Assembly: GCF_008831285.2 (NCBI RefSeq)
Contig: NC_045138.2
Span: forward strand, 25,792,001 to 25,856,000
Source of the DNA: Nymphaea colorata
Lineage: Eukaryota
Direction of reading: 5' to 3'
Length of the DNA stretch: 64,000 nucleotides
Made by a program: the position numbers and the translations under genes. Positions 49,079 to 62,609 of this stretch are shown piece by piece. The notes below the pieces were generated by a model. That model had not been told where the DNA came from, searched no databases, and was given only the letters and a program-made list of their open reading frames with translations. The stretch's first letter is position 1. Each line of letters starts with the position of its first letter.

Positions 49079-50946
49079 TCAATAATACAAAGAGCCTGAA
49101 AGTACAAGGAGTGATTGATAAATCTTGAGAAAGCCCACCTAATCCGCAAACACCATATAAGGAAAATCCATGTGCATATCACTGTAATACCTTGCCACCA
49201 ATTTCCCCTTGAAGCACTGTTTGAGTTATTCGAGATCGGGTCGTCTTCATTACCATCTTTGGGAAACTTGGAGATTCCTGGGGCTTGCGAAGTTGGTGAA
49301 GGAGTATAAATGTCCCGACCACCGTAGTACAAAGATGAGCTAAGATAAAAGGATTCAACTCCTTCCACCTGCTCAGTGTTCAACCCCTCCCCGTTATCCT
49401 TTTGGATACTGATATCTGGGAACACAAAGGAAAAAAATATGAGAAGGGGAGAAAGAGAGAGAGCAAAGCAGTATATGTACACAATTTCAGTCACTGTGAA
49501 GTAATTTACAAAAACCATTTGTGGACTACTGAACTCTTAGCAGCAGGAACAGGAAGAAATCTGAATCGTAAACTAAAATGTTTAAAAGAACTGTGCATAC
49601 CCTTAGACTTAACGCATATCATCGAGAAGATTAACAAGCCACCATGAACAGAAAAGAAGCATAGAACAGGGTGAGAAGATTAACGAGCCACCGTGAACAG
49701 AAAAGAAGCATAGAACAGGGTGAGAAGATTAACGAGCCACCGTGAACAGAAAATAGCATAAAACAGGGTGTTTCACGCACCAGAGACATTTTTGGTGTTC
49801 TCGTCTGACTGGTGATCACCATCTTTCCTCCAAGATTCCTCCGGAACAGAGCTCACATTCCCCTGACAAATAGAGAATGTCAATATCAAATCAATCCCAA
49901 ACAGGAGATGGCTGTAACCAAATACGAAGAGCAGAGAAGAGGGTAAAAAGAACAAAAGAAAAGACAAGGGGAAATGGATCAAAATAAAGGAAACACGAGA
50001 ATATGAAATGTTACAAAAAGGAAAAACTCGTCTGAATTGTAAAATCCGTGAAAAAGCAAAAACACACACACATGCACATAAAAAGTACCATTAGATTTTG
50101 TGAGCAAGGCATCAGAATTCGTATCGAATCTGCACAAGACATAGATATCTTTTCTCATTGTCTCGTACGCGACAAATGATAATGGGAAAACCGCTCGGAA
50201 AGAAACTTCACAGCCATCCGCCGTATTTACAAAATCCCGTTATATTCAGAAGCAACAATCAAAGAAATCTATAGCGAAAAACTAAGAGAATTCAATGAAA
50301 AAGAATCACCGACATAAAAAAAAAATTGCTACTATGGCCTTCATCTGCTTCGACAATTAAGAACGACCCCATAGAAACAATTGCACCACATCATCTTGAG
50401 GGAAAAAAGATTATCGATCATTAAGAAGACCACCTTAGCGTAAAATCCAGATTATCGAAAAAAAAAATTGATTCCCATCTCCCTGTTATTAACAAATTCA
50501 ATCAATCAACAAAAAATCAGAGAAACCAACAAAAGAATGCAAAGATAAAACACATCCCGGAGAAACAATCTCGGCATCTAAAACAAAGCCGGCAACGAAT
50601 CAAAAGTATGTCCGAAAAGAAAGGGAATCCACAAGATTCTCCCTGAAAGAAAAAGGAAAAGAATCAAACAAAGAAAATCCCATGAGAAAAAGAAAATGAG
50701 CGACAAAGAAAGGGCTCCCATAACCACCTTGGGAGAAGAAGACCACTGGGATGACGATAATGATGAAGATGAAGACGACGGCGGCGGCAACGAGGAAGCA
50801 GAAAAGACGGACTCGAAGACACCATTGGTACGAGAGTCCTTGTCACCAAAGAGCTCAGAGAAGGAGGAGGACCGGCCGGCCTGGAGGCCTTGGACCTGTC
50901 CCTGAGCCTGCTCCTCAACGCGGTCATGGCCGCTCTCTCCTTCCAT
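49079..50946 (-). CDS. Plant-specific serine-rich protein of the SIS (salt-induced serine-rich)-like family, 4 exons, ~180 aa
   Basis: Exons 50946-50728, 49862-49781, 49415-49191, 49095-49079 (543 nt). Family motifs SSSFSELFG..D, GVFESVF, LSSSLYYGGRDIY and C-terminal SASRGNWWQGSLYY*. The exon 1 donor is the least certain junction. Confidence 0.85.
49624..49770. repeat. 49-bp minisatellite, 3 copies, in intron 2 of the SIS-like gene
   Basis: GAGAAGATTAACRAGCCACCRTGAACAGAAAAGAAGCATAGAACAGGGT at 49624, 49673 and 49722. Confidence 0.95.
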
Positions 50947-52842
50947 CTGAGCTCTTCCCTACCACCTAAAGCGACTCTCCCCGTCGTCGAAGCGAGCCAC
51001 CAACACCCACAACAACTTCAACCCCTCGAAATCGGATAAACTCCAACTACCCAAACCGACCAAAGGGAAAAGGAAAAAGGAGGGCCACGGGCAACCACAA
51101 GCCAACAAACGAACCCAACTCCTCTCTTCCCTTCCTTTCTCTCTCCACTTTTGGCCTCTTCTTCCTCCTCCTGCTTCTCTTTTCTTTTCTTTTTCTCTCT
51201 CCTGATTCTTCCTTTGCCTAAGCCAACCACTTTCTTTATTCCTGGACGCCGCCAAGAGCGGGGACTCTACACGCGGACTCTATATGACCAGGCTCCTCTC
51301 AGGGGCCCTCTCTCTAGTTGAGAGTGTTCTTGCGAGGAGAATTTATAATGGCTGCCCATCCTCACAGGTTTACCATCTTCGCCATTTCGTAAACGTGGAG
51401 AACTCTTCCTTTCTCAGGGGGCACCGGCCATGAAAAAGGGGGAGAATAGGTCCTACGAACCGCCTTTTGGGGAATATTGGTGTGCAGCAAGATCTTCTGC
51501 ACGAAAAGCAAGAGTCCTGGGGGCCATTCGAAATGTCAATGCTTTACGCTGTTTTTATTAGTAGACTTGGCCATATATAATTTTATGAGTGGCTTGACTT
51601 TGTTTTTGTTTTCTATATTTCTTCATCAATATTTTCTTTGGGAAGAAATATTCCATCGTACGGTTTAATTAAAAAAAAACTGAAACCCTGTCTTTTTCTC
51701 TATAATATCATTCTACAATATCAAATATGATTTTCAGTGTCTTAAAATGATATCTTCAACTTGCATACCATGTCATACGATTTCTTTTTTTTTTTTTATA
51801 AGTGTTTTGAAAATTCAAAATAATGATCACCTATTAGTTTTGTATATTGGGTCAACCCCAGTAAGGATAAGACTTTGTTTATTTATTTGTGGTGCGATGA
51901 TCAACTGATTTTATTGAAAAAATCATGCATTCCATGATTAATTTTGATAAAGAATAATGTTGCTGGTAGAACCTTGTAATGAGCTAATTTTAGCCATAAG
52001 AACACCATCTCTCTCTTTCTCCTTCCATAACTAGTTCACATTTTGAGTCCATTTTTGAGTCCATTTAAGGTCATAAAAAGTAAGACATAGCTAGGAAATT
52101 TTGATTGAAGAACACTAATTATATAATTTTATATTTTTAACACTAGTTATATAATTTTATATTTTTAAGGAGCTCCTATAAGAAAAACTACCATAAAATT
52201 TTAATATGATATATTTTTTGTAGACCTATATGAACAATTGGCCACACCTGGTTAATAACTATATCATTCCAAATAGCCTGAAAGGGATTGCAAGGAAATT
52301 TTTTCACCTCACTATTCACAAGTGGGTGAGCTAATTTTAATTTTGATGTCTATCATCTATTGCTTTCCAAGTAAGAGATGAGAAAAAGGTGACTACTCGA
52401 ATTTCATAGCATCCAAACTCTCTATATCCTTTTTTTCTTCATTCTTAAGATGAAGAGCACCTAATGCATGTCAATTACAAATTTGAATATTTATGCCTCT
52501 CATCCCTTAAATCTTAGGCAATTCAATAAATGATGTAGACAGTGGTCCATATTCTTCTTATATATATATACATATAAGAGAGAGAAAAAGGAAAATTGAA
52601 TGGTAACTTTGGCTTTTAAGAGTTATTCAGCCATCTAACGAGAGCCATTGATTCATCATGATGGATTGTTGAAATAAAAACAATGAGAAACAAGTTATAG
52701 ATATTTTTGTCATTTACTATTAGTTCACACTTTTTTCTTTTTGTTTTTCATCTATTATTAGTTCATACTTTTTTCTTCTAGTTTTTCTCTCAACATCTCA
52801 TAGGACTGGTTAGATAGATGGGTGATTATTGATAACGAGAGC

Positions 52843-52908
<66 letters not shown>

Positions 52909-55175
52909 ATCCTTTGGACCACCTGACACATTTTATCGGATGGTTATGATTAAACACACCTCCCATTGAGGGACAGTGTGTTGTGAGAGACCAGAGAATT
53001 TCTGTATCCAAACGCATACAAAAAAATCCACAACAGTAACAAGAACATCAATGTAAACAAAATCCAGCAGCTCCGTTAAAGAATTGCCATGTAAAGCATG
53101 ACCTCGAGGGGCTTCTCAGCGTATAAATGCAAGATTTTTCTCCTGGAAGGAAGTTTCCTTTGCAATAATTTATTATCTTTGTTATCTGTCCCTTTCTGTT
53201 GTAATCTCTTTCAGTACAGAACTTTTCCTTTTCTTTTACTCTTCGCACAGACATTTGAGATGGCATTCTAATTTAGCAGTTGGAAGCAGTGATGATCCGC
53301 ATTTATGAAACAATAATTCATGTTCTATTTGCCTCTTCTATAAAGATGACCAGATAATGCAGGATTTATATTAGCAGCACGGATTCTATATATGGGACTT
53401 GATTCCTATTGAAGTAAAGATACCTTCTTAGTTTGTATATAGCATTTATCTCTGTATTCTTTTACTGTCAGTTTTTCATTTTTGCAGTTTTTTTTTCCCT
53501 TCTAGGGGCACGCAATAATGCTTCTCAAGATTGTGGGCAGCTACCTTTCTTTTATCGTGTTTTTAGAAAACTGGAGTTATGTTCTCTTTTCTTCTTCTTG
53601 TTCTTCTTCTGCACAATTAATTTTAGTTCATAACCATATAATCTCTATCTTTCTCTTTCATTTTTCCTTGATAATTCTCTCTCTTCTTTCTTCTTTATGA
53701 CTGGAGGAAAGTGCTGATCATTGTCTGACGGCATAAAACTCCAAGGCTAGTCTCCCTACCCTAAAGCCTATGCATGCTTTAATTTATGCAAAAGGTTGAT
53801 GCTTACTAGAACCAAACCAAAAACTAGCGGTCGCCTATCATCCGCTAGCCCAACCAGCTACACCAAACCCCTTAATCGTGCCATGAATCATCTTTTGTCA
53901 GCACTGTGTCACGAGCTCGATGAGTCCTTAGACATCAACGGCGAGCTTGGTAGGCTTCAGATAAGGGATTTCGCGAAGCCAATGAGGTTTAGCCACATTT
54001 ATCTAGAGAGTAGGTTGCAGGTGGCCCTACCATTAACTGATAGGATGGAGATGAGAAGACTGTAAGAACTTGGCTCGCTTGTATGTCCTGAGATTCCAAC
54101 CAGGCTTTCATAAAGAGACAAAGCAGACCAACCGACCCAGTTGTTTGAGCAGCAGTCTTGTGTATGAACGCTGCGTGTGGGCTCATGAAATTTGAGGCCA
54201 ATCTTCTGAATTGTGTCGACAGATCTTGGCACGTTACATCGTGGACATGAAATGTTCATCATTTTCTACCAAGAACTTCGACATCGACAGTGTCACCATT
54301 TTTTATAGAAAGAAAGTTACGTCCAGGCACACTGTGCGCAATAAAGGAGAGAGGAACATTTTGGTAATTTATTAAAAAAGGAAATGTCCTTCATAATCTT
54401 TTTATTATTTTCATTTTCAATTATGTCATACAAAAAAATTTCTTCTTTTCAGAATGAACTTAAGGGTATTTTAGTTATAGACCATATTGGTGCACATGAC
54501 ACATATAACCAGGTTCGGTTTTGATAGTGAATGGGGCGATTATGTGCATTGATATGGTGTAAAAATAAGTGCGGATTACGTGGGAAAACTTTTGAAGATA
54601 ACTTTCTTTATCTAATGTGGCAGTGAAAGTCACCCAACGACCATAACTTGGAAGCGAACTTGTGAACTCCACAAACTTTTACAGACTGAATTTCTGGTTC
54701 ATTAAGTGGATGACTCAAACAATTTGATTTTTCATTAAATACTTGGTGGAAACAAGTTATATTATATAAAGCTGAGCATATCAAATTTGATTTCGAGATT
54801 TCATGAGGTAACTCACTATTAGCTCGAATAGATCATTTGCTTTTCTGATATTTGAGGTATGACTACCAAATATGATGGATGATTTTGTTATATTAGAAGA
54901 TGCGAAAATCGCCAGCTCAAAGAAATTAATTAAGTTCCCATTAAGAAAAAAATTGATTACCACTCAATTTTTTGAAGTAATTGAATGGTTGGTTCTGGAT
55001 TCCCCAAGAAAGAGAGAGTATTCAAATCAACATGATATTGCTTAATGTTACTAGATGGATAAAAATTAAGAAAGCATCATTGGACGAATCATGATATGTT
55101 GCTAAAAACACCACGTATGAACTTTTGCATAATTAAATGTCGCTAATGTTCTTGGGGCAGCTATTTTTTGGTGAT

Positions 55176-55275
<100 letters not shown>

Positions 55276-55464
55276 GAAGAAAAAGTGGTAGTAGATGGAT
55301 AAAGAATGACCCTTAGAGTTGGGAGAAAAACAAAGAGTTGATGCCTTGATGGACATTTTCATCATTTAGTATTAGCTCATATTTTTTTTTTCTTTTTTTT
55401 TAAGCTTTGATCTCAATTTGGGTTGAGATTGTTTCTCATTCATTTAAGGGATAAAACATCTAAG

Positions 55465-55747
55465 CAGGGACGGAGGGAAGGGGGGGCCGCCTAGGCCATG
55501 GCCCCACCCTGGAAAATGAAAAAAAAAATTACATTAAAAAAATATAATTTTTTAAGTGTGTAATGTATTTTTTAGAGTTGAATTCAATTTGGCCCTACCC
55601 AGATCCAGAGGTTGAAATTACATTAAAAAATATATAATTTTTTAAATGTGTAATGTATTTTTTAGAGTTGAATTCAATTTGGCCCTACCCAGATCCAGAG
55701 GTTGGACTGTCAGTCCGTCCCTAATGAAAATCCTGGCTTCGCCCCTG
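55465..55747. mobile_element. hAT-type MITE (CAGGGGCGGAGCC family) with internal ~89-bp tandem duplication
   Basis: Ends CAGGGACGGAG / CTGGCTTCGCCCCTG; duplicated block at ~55526-55614 and ~55615-55704; TSD degenerate. Confidence 0.75.
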
Positions 55748-56560
55748 CAGTACCTAAGAAAATTTTTTCTGTCCCTTTTTCTCTATCTATTTATATAGAT
55801 AGATAGTTGTTTTTGTGGTTTTAAATCAAAATGTACTTTAATGAGAAGTTGTCACCATCATAATGTCTAGCATAACCTGAACTTGCGAATCAAAGCCAGA
55901 CAAATAGGAGACGATAATTTGATTTCGTGTTGCTTTTCTAAGAAACAAGTAAAGAAAGAAGCCGTGGACTCTCGAAACGGAAGAACCGGCCACACTGCTC
56001 TGACCTGATTTTCAGCTTTCCAATTTGTAGCATTCGATTCCATTTTGTGACTTCCACGCCAAGATTTTTCATTCTGTCAAGTGTCATAAGAAGCCACGCT
56101 AGACTCTCTCATTTCTTGACCACACTACGAAAGCTGATCCAGAATTGTCCCAACCTCTTGCTTTCTCACAGAAAAACATTTCCCATCAAACAACATGCAA
56201 GAAGTAAAGTCCCCATTTAAGAGGCTTACACATTCATTGATCTATCTTTGTCACACTCCCATCGGATCAAAAGTCCGCAAAACAGCAAACAACAGACAAG
56301 TGGAAGGACAAGATCACGGCAGCAAGTCCCCTTGTGTGGTAACCTTGCCATTATAGGGAAGTAGCAATCGTCTCAAACTCTCCAAACCCTTTCCAACTTG
56401 CCACGTGCATGATCTTTGCATGTCGGTGCGCGGATACTTGAACAAGTGTCATACGTAGATCCAAAAAATAACAACCTGATTTCACAAAATATTGTTTCAT
56501 TCAATAGTACAAAAGAAATATAGGTGAACATGAGCCCAGTTATATTGGGTAACCCCACAA

Positions 56561-56669
56561 CCAGGCGGAGAGAGGAGGGCCTGCCTAGGCCATGGCCATA
56601 CCCAGCGAATTGAAAAAAAAAAATTACATTGAAAAAATATGAAAAAAAACAAATCTGGCTCCGCCCCTG
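56561..56669. mobile_element. Short internally deleted MITE related to 55465-55747
   Basis: Shares GCCTAGGCCATGGCC..ACCC and AAAATTACATT.AAAAAATAT; ends CTGGCTCCGCCCCTG. Confidence 0.7.
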
Positions 56670-59600
56670 AAAGTAAATGAGTCCGAAGAGCAAGCTGCTG
56701 CCAAATTTTTTGTAGAAAAGTACCTCGTTTTGTCCACCCAGATCTTAGTAATATGAATGCATTTACCATATCAACTGGTTTTTGTTATCCAAACAAAAGT
56801 CAAGTTTCTAGAAGAGGGAAGCTTTTTTTTTTCTTACCGTACCCAAACACATAAACCAGCTGGTTTGAAAAACTGGTTAATAACCTGATGCTCATTAAAC
56901 CTGGTTTAGACTAAGCGTCATTCTTTAGGATGTTATATATCCAAATGCAACTTATGATTTTACATGAAAAAGCATAATGTGATTGTAGCTGTTATCCCTA
57001 ATTCTTGCAATTAAAAGTTGGATATAATCATGTCATGCCTCTTGAATCAAGAATATATCGTCTTCCACATGTATTTTAGGAATACATGTTCTAAACACAA
57101 TGTTGTTCATATTAACACTTAGGACTGTGAACTTTCTTTTATGCAACATTATATTTTATTCAAATACACATCCAAGTGGTCAAATTTGATAATATAATTC
57201 ACGTTTCTTTGTAATTAGATTTGGATTTGCTATATAGCATAAACACCTGAATCTAAGTAATTGTCTAAATCTGGATATGCTTGATTTTTGAAGTTCTACA
57301 TTCCAAATAGATATAACTTATTTGGATCCGTTTACTTCCCAGCCTTCCTGTCCATCGAAGCCATTGTCTGAGACATGGGCAACGCCATGGCGACTTCTGG
57401 GAAGCGCCGTCATGGCTCCCCTCAATAAAAACACCATGATATTGGATCTGGAAATTCACCTTATTGTTGGTTATGGATTCGATTATCTAAAACGTTAAGT
57501 GATCATTACCCACCTTTGGCTTTAAATAAGAATGAAAGTTGGAGTCAGATCGGTTGATAAGATTCGAATATAGAACGTATGTAGTGTGTAAACTCATATC
57601 AGATCTAAATTTTACGATTGAGCTTCGTATTTAAATGAGATTTTGATCCAAATCTGAAGTAACGTATGTAGTGTGTAAACTCATATCTTGATGGTATTGA
57701 GGAGTGTTGAGTTAGCGACCGTGGATGGATCTTATCCTCTCTTTGATCGGTTTTTAATATGGTAGAGCAATTTTCTTGAAGAAAGCATCTTCAAGAAAAA
57801 GGTGCCCGTTCGAACTCGTTTGAAAATTTGGGAATATCCAAAGAGAATATTATGCAATTCCAAGCGAATCTTATGAAATCAAGTAAGAGCATTGGACATT
57901 TTCACAACACCATCTTCAGAAAATTCACGTGCAGTTGAGAATATATTGGAAATCCCACTTGAGGTTGCTTAATAATAAAGCGTTGGAAGAGGTCCAAAGC
58001 CTCTTAACAGCTACCAAATTATTCTCCTGCTGCTGCTGCTTCTGCTTCCTGCGACATCCATCTCAGAGAGCAGCCATTCCTGCTACTACTTGAGTTTTTG
58101 TTTGGAAGTAGAAATACTTTTCCAGGAGCTTTCAACTCTTGATGTAATCCATCGTGGTCTAAGTAAATGTGTTCGTCAATGAAATACCAACTTCTATACA
58201 TGTACGTGTTAGATCATGGGCAACTACCAATCATCATACTATTCTCAGTTCTAAATGTTATGTCTATCATTCTTTTTCTAGACTAGAGAAGAGAGATGAA
58301 AGGAGAGATAGATTAGAAGTCAGGGTACAGATATGTAGAACCACAAAACCAGTTTAATAAACAATCCATGCATGAGATATAAATACTTGAGAAGGTCGGA
58401 TTTTGAGTTGAAAATACAGTAGGAATGCCAGAAGAAGTAAAACAATTATAACCTTAATGAACAGACAAATTTTATGTTAAAACTATGTTATTTTTAGGAA
58501 CCGTTTGATGTTAAGAATATTATGTGAGTGTTTCGTGAATCTATTTCAAAATTAAAGTAGATATATGAAACATGTGAACAAGGCAAATTCGTGAAACAGT
58601 GACGTTTTAAGTAGCAGCTCAAAAAAGAAGAGCAAATTTATGAAATAAAACTTCACCGAATACCACCTTTCATTAAGGAGAACCGATCTTTCCATAAGCT
58701 TTCACTGCCCAATATCACAATCGGCCTTAGCAACCTAAGGTTTCATATTTTCACTTGAAAAATAATTTTAAAAAGTAATTAAAAAAAAATCAATGAAAAA
58801 GTGCCTTGTTTTTCCAAAGCCTCGGTTTGGGCCATATGGTCGGCGCAATAGTATCGGACAACGCTGCTTTTCAACGAGGAATCTTGAGACTGAGAAAATG
58901 ACAAGCTTTCATGGAAAACGAGCCAAACAAGGGATTGAGTTCCTTCTGTTTGGCTTAGAGAAGAAGGCAACATTTGCAGATCCGTTAGACGACAAACCTG
59001 TGCAGAATTTTGGGTATTTTTGGGGTTCGCCGTCGACGTGATAGCCAACGACAATAACAATCATTTGAGTTGATTAATATTATTAGAAACTACCATTAAA
59101 AATGTACTTCTTTTTCTTTTCTGTGATTTAGTTTGATCTTTGACCCTCTCCGATTTGTAGTATAACGAAGAAAAATGAAGATTTATTCGACTTAAATCCT
59201 TTGATTTGATGAACCACAGTATGAATTCTGTCACAGCAGCAAAAAGCATATGGTTAGATCAGATTCATTACTTTAAAATGAGAAGTAATCAAGCTCGCTC
59301 TAATTATTCTTATGGGATCTGTAATTTCTTTTAGCTCTTGCTCAGTTGCCAATCGGGAATCGGCACCTAGAGAGTTGAAACTTTGTTCATTTTCAATTTA
59401 AAATTCCGGGCCTTTAGTTCCAACTGCCGGCGAAATGGGAAGGGCCCGGTGGGCCTGATCAGATTCATAGTTTATAAGTTATTTTGGGATTTGATGAGCG
59501 CCAGACAGGGCCCAGTTTTTTCTTATACCCGAATTCAAATTCGAAACATTGGTTTCAAATTTATATTTCCATATTTATTTGCTCCTTCATTCATTTAATA

Positions 59601-59830
59601 TTTCATGTGTCTCTGTGTATTTCAGTACTGCTAGATTCATCCAAAAATCCACGCTAGAACCAACTTAAGCATCTCGGATTCCAATTTGATTTGATCTCAT
59701 CCCAAGCAGAGTCGGGTCAGAGGAAACCGGGTCCCTTATACTGAACCATCTTCCATAAAGTTTAGCATCCAGCCTATAGTCGGATAAGAAGTCGGGCTCG
59801 GACCGAACTGCAGCCGGACCTGGCCTGGTG

Positions 59831-59872
<42 letters not shown>

Positions 59873-60399
59873 TGTAATTAATTATATCAAAAATATATGT
59901 TTAAAATATAATAACATTATAAATAAGTTATTGATCCTACTAGGACCAACACAATATGCTTAAATTTAAGGGTCGCACCTAAAGTCAAGTCAAGCCAAGT
60001 ATCGGATACCGTTCAACAGATGGCCCCATGCCCACCATTAATTTTAGATCCTTTTTAACAAACTTCTACCACCAACGTTCAAAATGCCAACCAACCCTGC
60101 TTTTTTATCTTTTTGTTTTTCCATTTATGATATTTTTTTTTATTTTCGACCCAAAGAAAATAAAATAGGTAAATATCAACCAATTCAGTCGGGGAAAACT
60201 GAAATGTTTTCAAAAATGGGGTTCTGCTGTTTACTCATTTTAAACACTTATATCGTACCACGGAAAGAAAAAAAAAGAGAAAAAAAATTAAGCATACAAA
60301 TATATAATAAAAATAAGAAAGGAAAATAGAGGATTTTAATCAGAACCCGATATTTCGCAAGGTTCACGTTATTTTCTTAGCGTTGTGTTACACATTTAG

Positions 60400-60720
60400 A
60401 ATGACGGTGAGAAGATCGACAATACATTCTCGAAGTATCAACGGTTACGGCTACTTGTTACCATGATCCGACGGTCCGGTGGCTCACCCAACGGAAAGAA
60501 CATGAGGCACGCCCGCACGTGATCATAAGCCTTTGCAGGATTATCTTTCTGCCCGTTGGCGTTGGAAATTATCCAAAAATGCGGAAAATGGAAAAGTCAA
60601 AAGTCCACCAAACACCCGAAGCACAAGTTCGCCCAAACCCGAGATAGCTGCGTCTAGTTTCGTCATTTCCACAGGAAAAAGGCTTCTTAAAACCCCTGCT
60701 CGAGGTAGCCGTTACAGCGG
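60400..60720 (+). promoter_or_regulatory. Cluster of MSA-like (AACGG) elements plus a G-box upstream of the 60820 gene
   Basis: AACGG/CCGTT cores at 60440, 60490, 60553 and 60709; near-matches GACGG at 60403 and 60470; CACGTG at 60516. Confidence 0.55.
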
Positions 60721-60819
60721 AAGTCCACAATTGAAGCCAGAGGAAGAAGACGAGGAAGCTATTAAGCCAGACAGACGGAGAGAGAGACAGCAGTGTGGGA
60801 GAGAAGATCAGAACCAAGA

Positions 60820-61386
60820 ATGGAGATGGAAACTCACAATCAGTACCTGAACCAGGAGGTCTCTCATTTTCAAAGTATCTTCTCCTCCCACTTCGACTCC
60901 GACCTCCCTCCTCTGCCTCTCGCTGATGCTCAAGCAGCGCCGGTCTTTGTCAGGGGAAGGCGCTACGCGCTCTATGCGGAGAAGAGGGAGGCCAGGATCA
61001 GGCAGCGGCTGGCCAGGGCCACCTACTCGCCGCTGCCGCCGCCGGCGAAGAAGAAGGTCTCGTTCGACCACGACGCCGGCCACGCACGCGTGCTCCAGAG
61101 GGTTGAGAACGAGCTGATGCGCTCCGTCCCCGACTTCTCTTCGCTGCGCAAGGAGAATAAGAAGCCGGTGCCCGGGTCGCCGCTGACGTCGTTCCGTACG
61201 CCGCCCAAGTCTCCTGGGACGGGACTCCCGTCGAGGAACGCCTGTGGGATCCGAGCGAAGAAGGAGGTTGGGTTGGTGAGCAGGAGCTACGCTAGCATGA
61301 AGGAGCTGAAGGGGTTCTCCTCCCCTTCTCAGCAATCGCTTGGTGGTGGAAGAGCCAGGGGAGCGGGGCTTCGTGGTGGTTACTAG
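60820..61386 (+). CDS. Uncharacterised intronless plant protein, 188 aa
   Basis: GC-rich ATG-TAG ORF with a purine-rich leader and pyrimidine-rich 3' flank. Motifs RGRRYALYAEKREARIR and RSVPDFSSLRKENKKP resemble motifs recalled from plant COP1-interacting-protein-related proteins. Confidence 0.8.
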   Translation: MEMETHNQYLNQEVSHFQSIFSSHFDSDLPPLPLADAQAAPVFVRGRRYALYAEKREARIRQRLARATYSPLPPPAKKKVSFDHDAGHARVLQRVENELMRSVPDFSSLRKENKKPVPGSPLTSFRTPPKSPGTGLPSRNACGIRAKKEVGLVSRSYASMKELKGFSSPSQQSLGGGRARGAGLRGGY

Positions 61387-62494
61387 GAGAAGATCGTGAA
61401 GCCTCCCCTGTTCTTCTCGTTTCAATCTTCTCCTCGGCTCTACTCGCTTTTTTTTTTCTCCCTTTTTCTGCCCTCGCGCTTGTTGAGGATTACATATTTT
61501 ACATCCCTCCAGTAGTAGCTATAATATCTTGCTTAGTTCCAGCAAGTTTCTAGGTAGAGTTTGTAGACTTGGAACTTTCCTGTCTCTGTAAAGATGTGAT
61601 TGATTTGAAATTCAGACCACTCTGTTCTACCGTGACCTGTTCTTCCTGCGTCGTGTTGGTTCAAATTTCAGAACCTCTGATTCGAAAAATTGTTGTGGTA
61701 TCACAAATATGAGGGGAGACAATGCATGATGTTTATGCCCTTAATCTGAACTTTCTTAGTCTTGCTTTATCTGAAATGCAGGTTTATCTGTTATTTGGCT
61801 TGGTGTTCATATCGAAAAGACTAAGAATATCAAGAATTGCAAGACTCCTAATAAATTTCCATGCCCTCAATGTGATTTTCTGGGGGATGCCTGCTGTTTC
61901 AGATTAAATTTTGCAGTCCTTTAAGCGAGCCTGCCTCTGCGTGATTAACTGTTCCTGCGGAATCTTAAAGAGTGCTCAGATTATGTGTCTGGGAGGTGCT
62001 CAGATTATGTGCCTGAGAGGTCTGTTCTATTTGTCATTGGTGGATCAGATAGAAAAACTATGGTTCATATAAAAAAACTATTGCATGCCATGAATTAGAA
62101 GATGGTTGATGAATCTTGGCCGGCGTCGATCGGGATGTTTTGGGGTCTTCAGCTTCAAATTTGCCAATTTGATGGTGCATCCTCTCCCTACACCCACATT
62201 TCACGTGTGAACTGCAAAAAAGTAACATAGTCCAAATTTAGTAACTTGCACTTGCGAAAGGCATCTGGCCAATCTGAAGTCTTCACATGAATCCACAGGG
62301 TTCAGACAAAAACTGGTAAAGGTCCAACGGCTCCAATGCGACATCCATCTAGAGCCCATCAAAATCCAAGTCAGCCATGAACGATGGTTGTTTATGTTTC
62401 CTTCTGGACTCCTGCTCATTTGTTAGAGCCCTTAAACCCAGTCAGTTTCTCATGAGTCTGAAACTTGCAAGGAGAGTAAACCCAGGCATCTGAA

Positions 62495-62609
62495 CAGTGG
62501 CGGAGCACTTGTGTAGGTGGCAGAACTTTGGGCACTATATGTAAATTTAAAGTCATAACAATGTAAGGTTAACATATTATATGAAATTTTTTTATGAGCT
62601 CCGCTACTG
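62495..62609. mobile_element. Minimal hAT-type MITE (115 bp, CAGTGGCGGAGC family)
   Basis: TIR CAGTGGCGGAGC / GCTCCGCTACTG; TSD CATCTGAA / CATCTGAG. Confidence 0.85.

Noticed and set aside
30524..49770. 29-bp and 49-bp repeats as CRISPR-like arrays
   Set aside because: Head-to-tail repeats without unique spacers, no cas genes, and a eukaryotic context.
53790..54270. Possible LINE reverse-transcriptase relic (ISILSVNG, NWVGWSAL)
   Set aside because: The resemblance is too weak and no diagnostic RT motif is present. It would need BLASTX.
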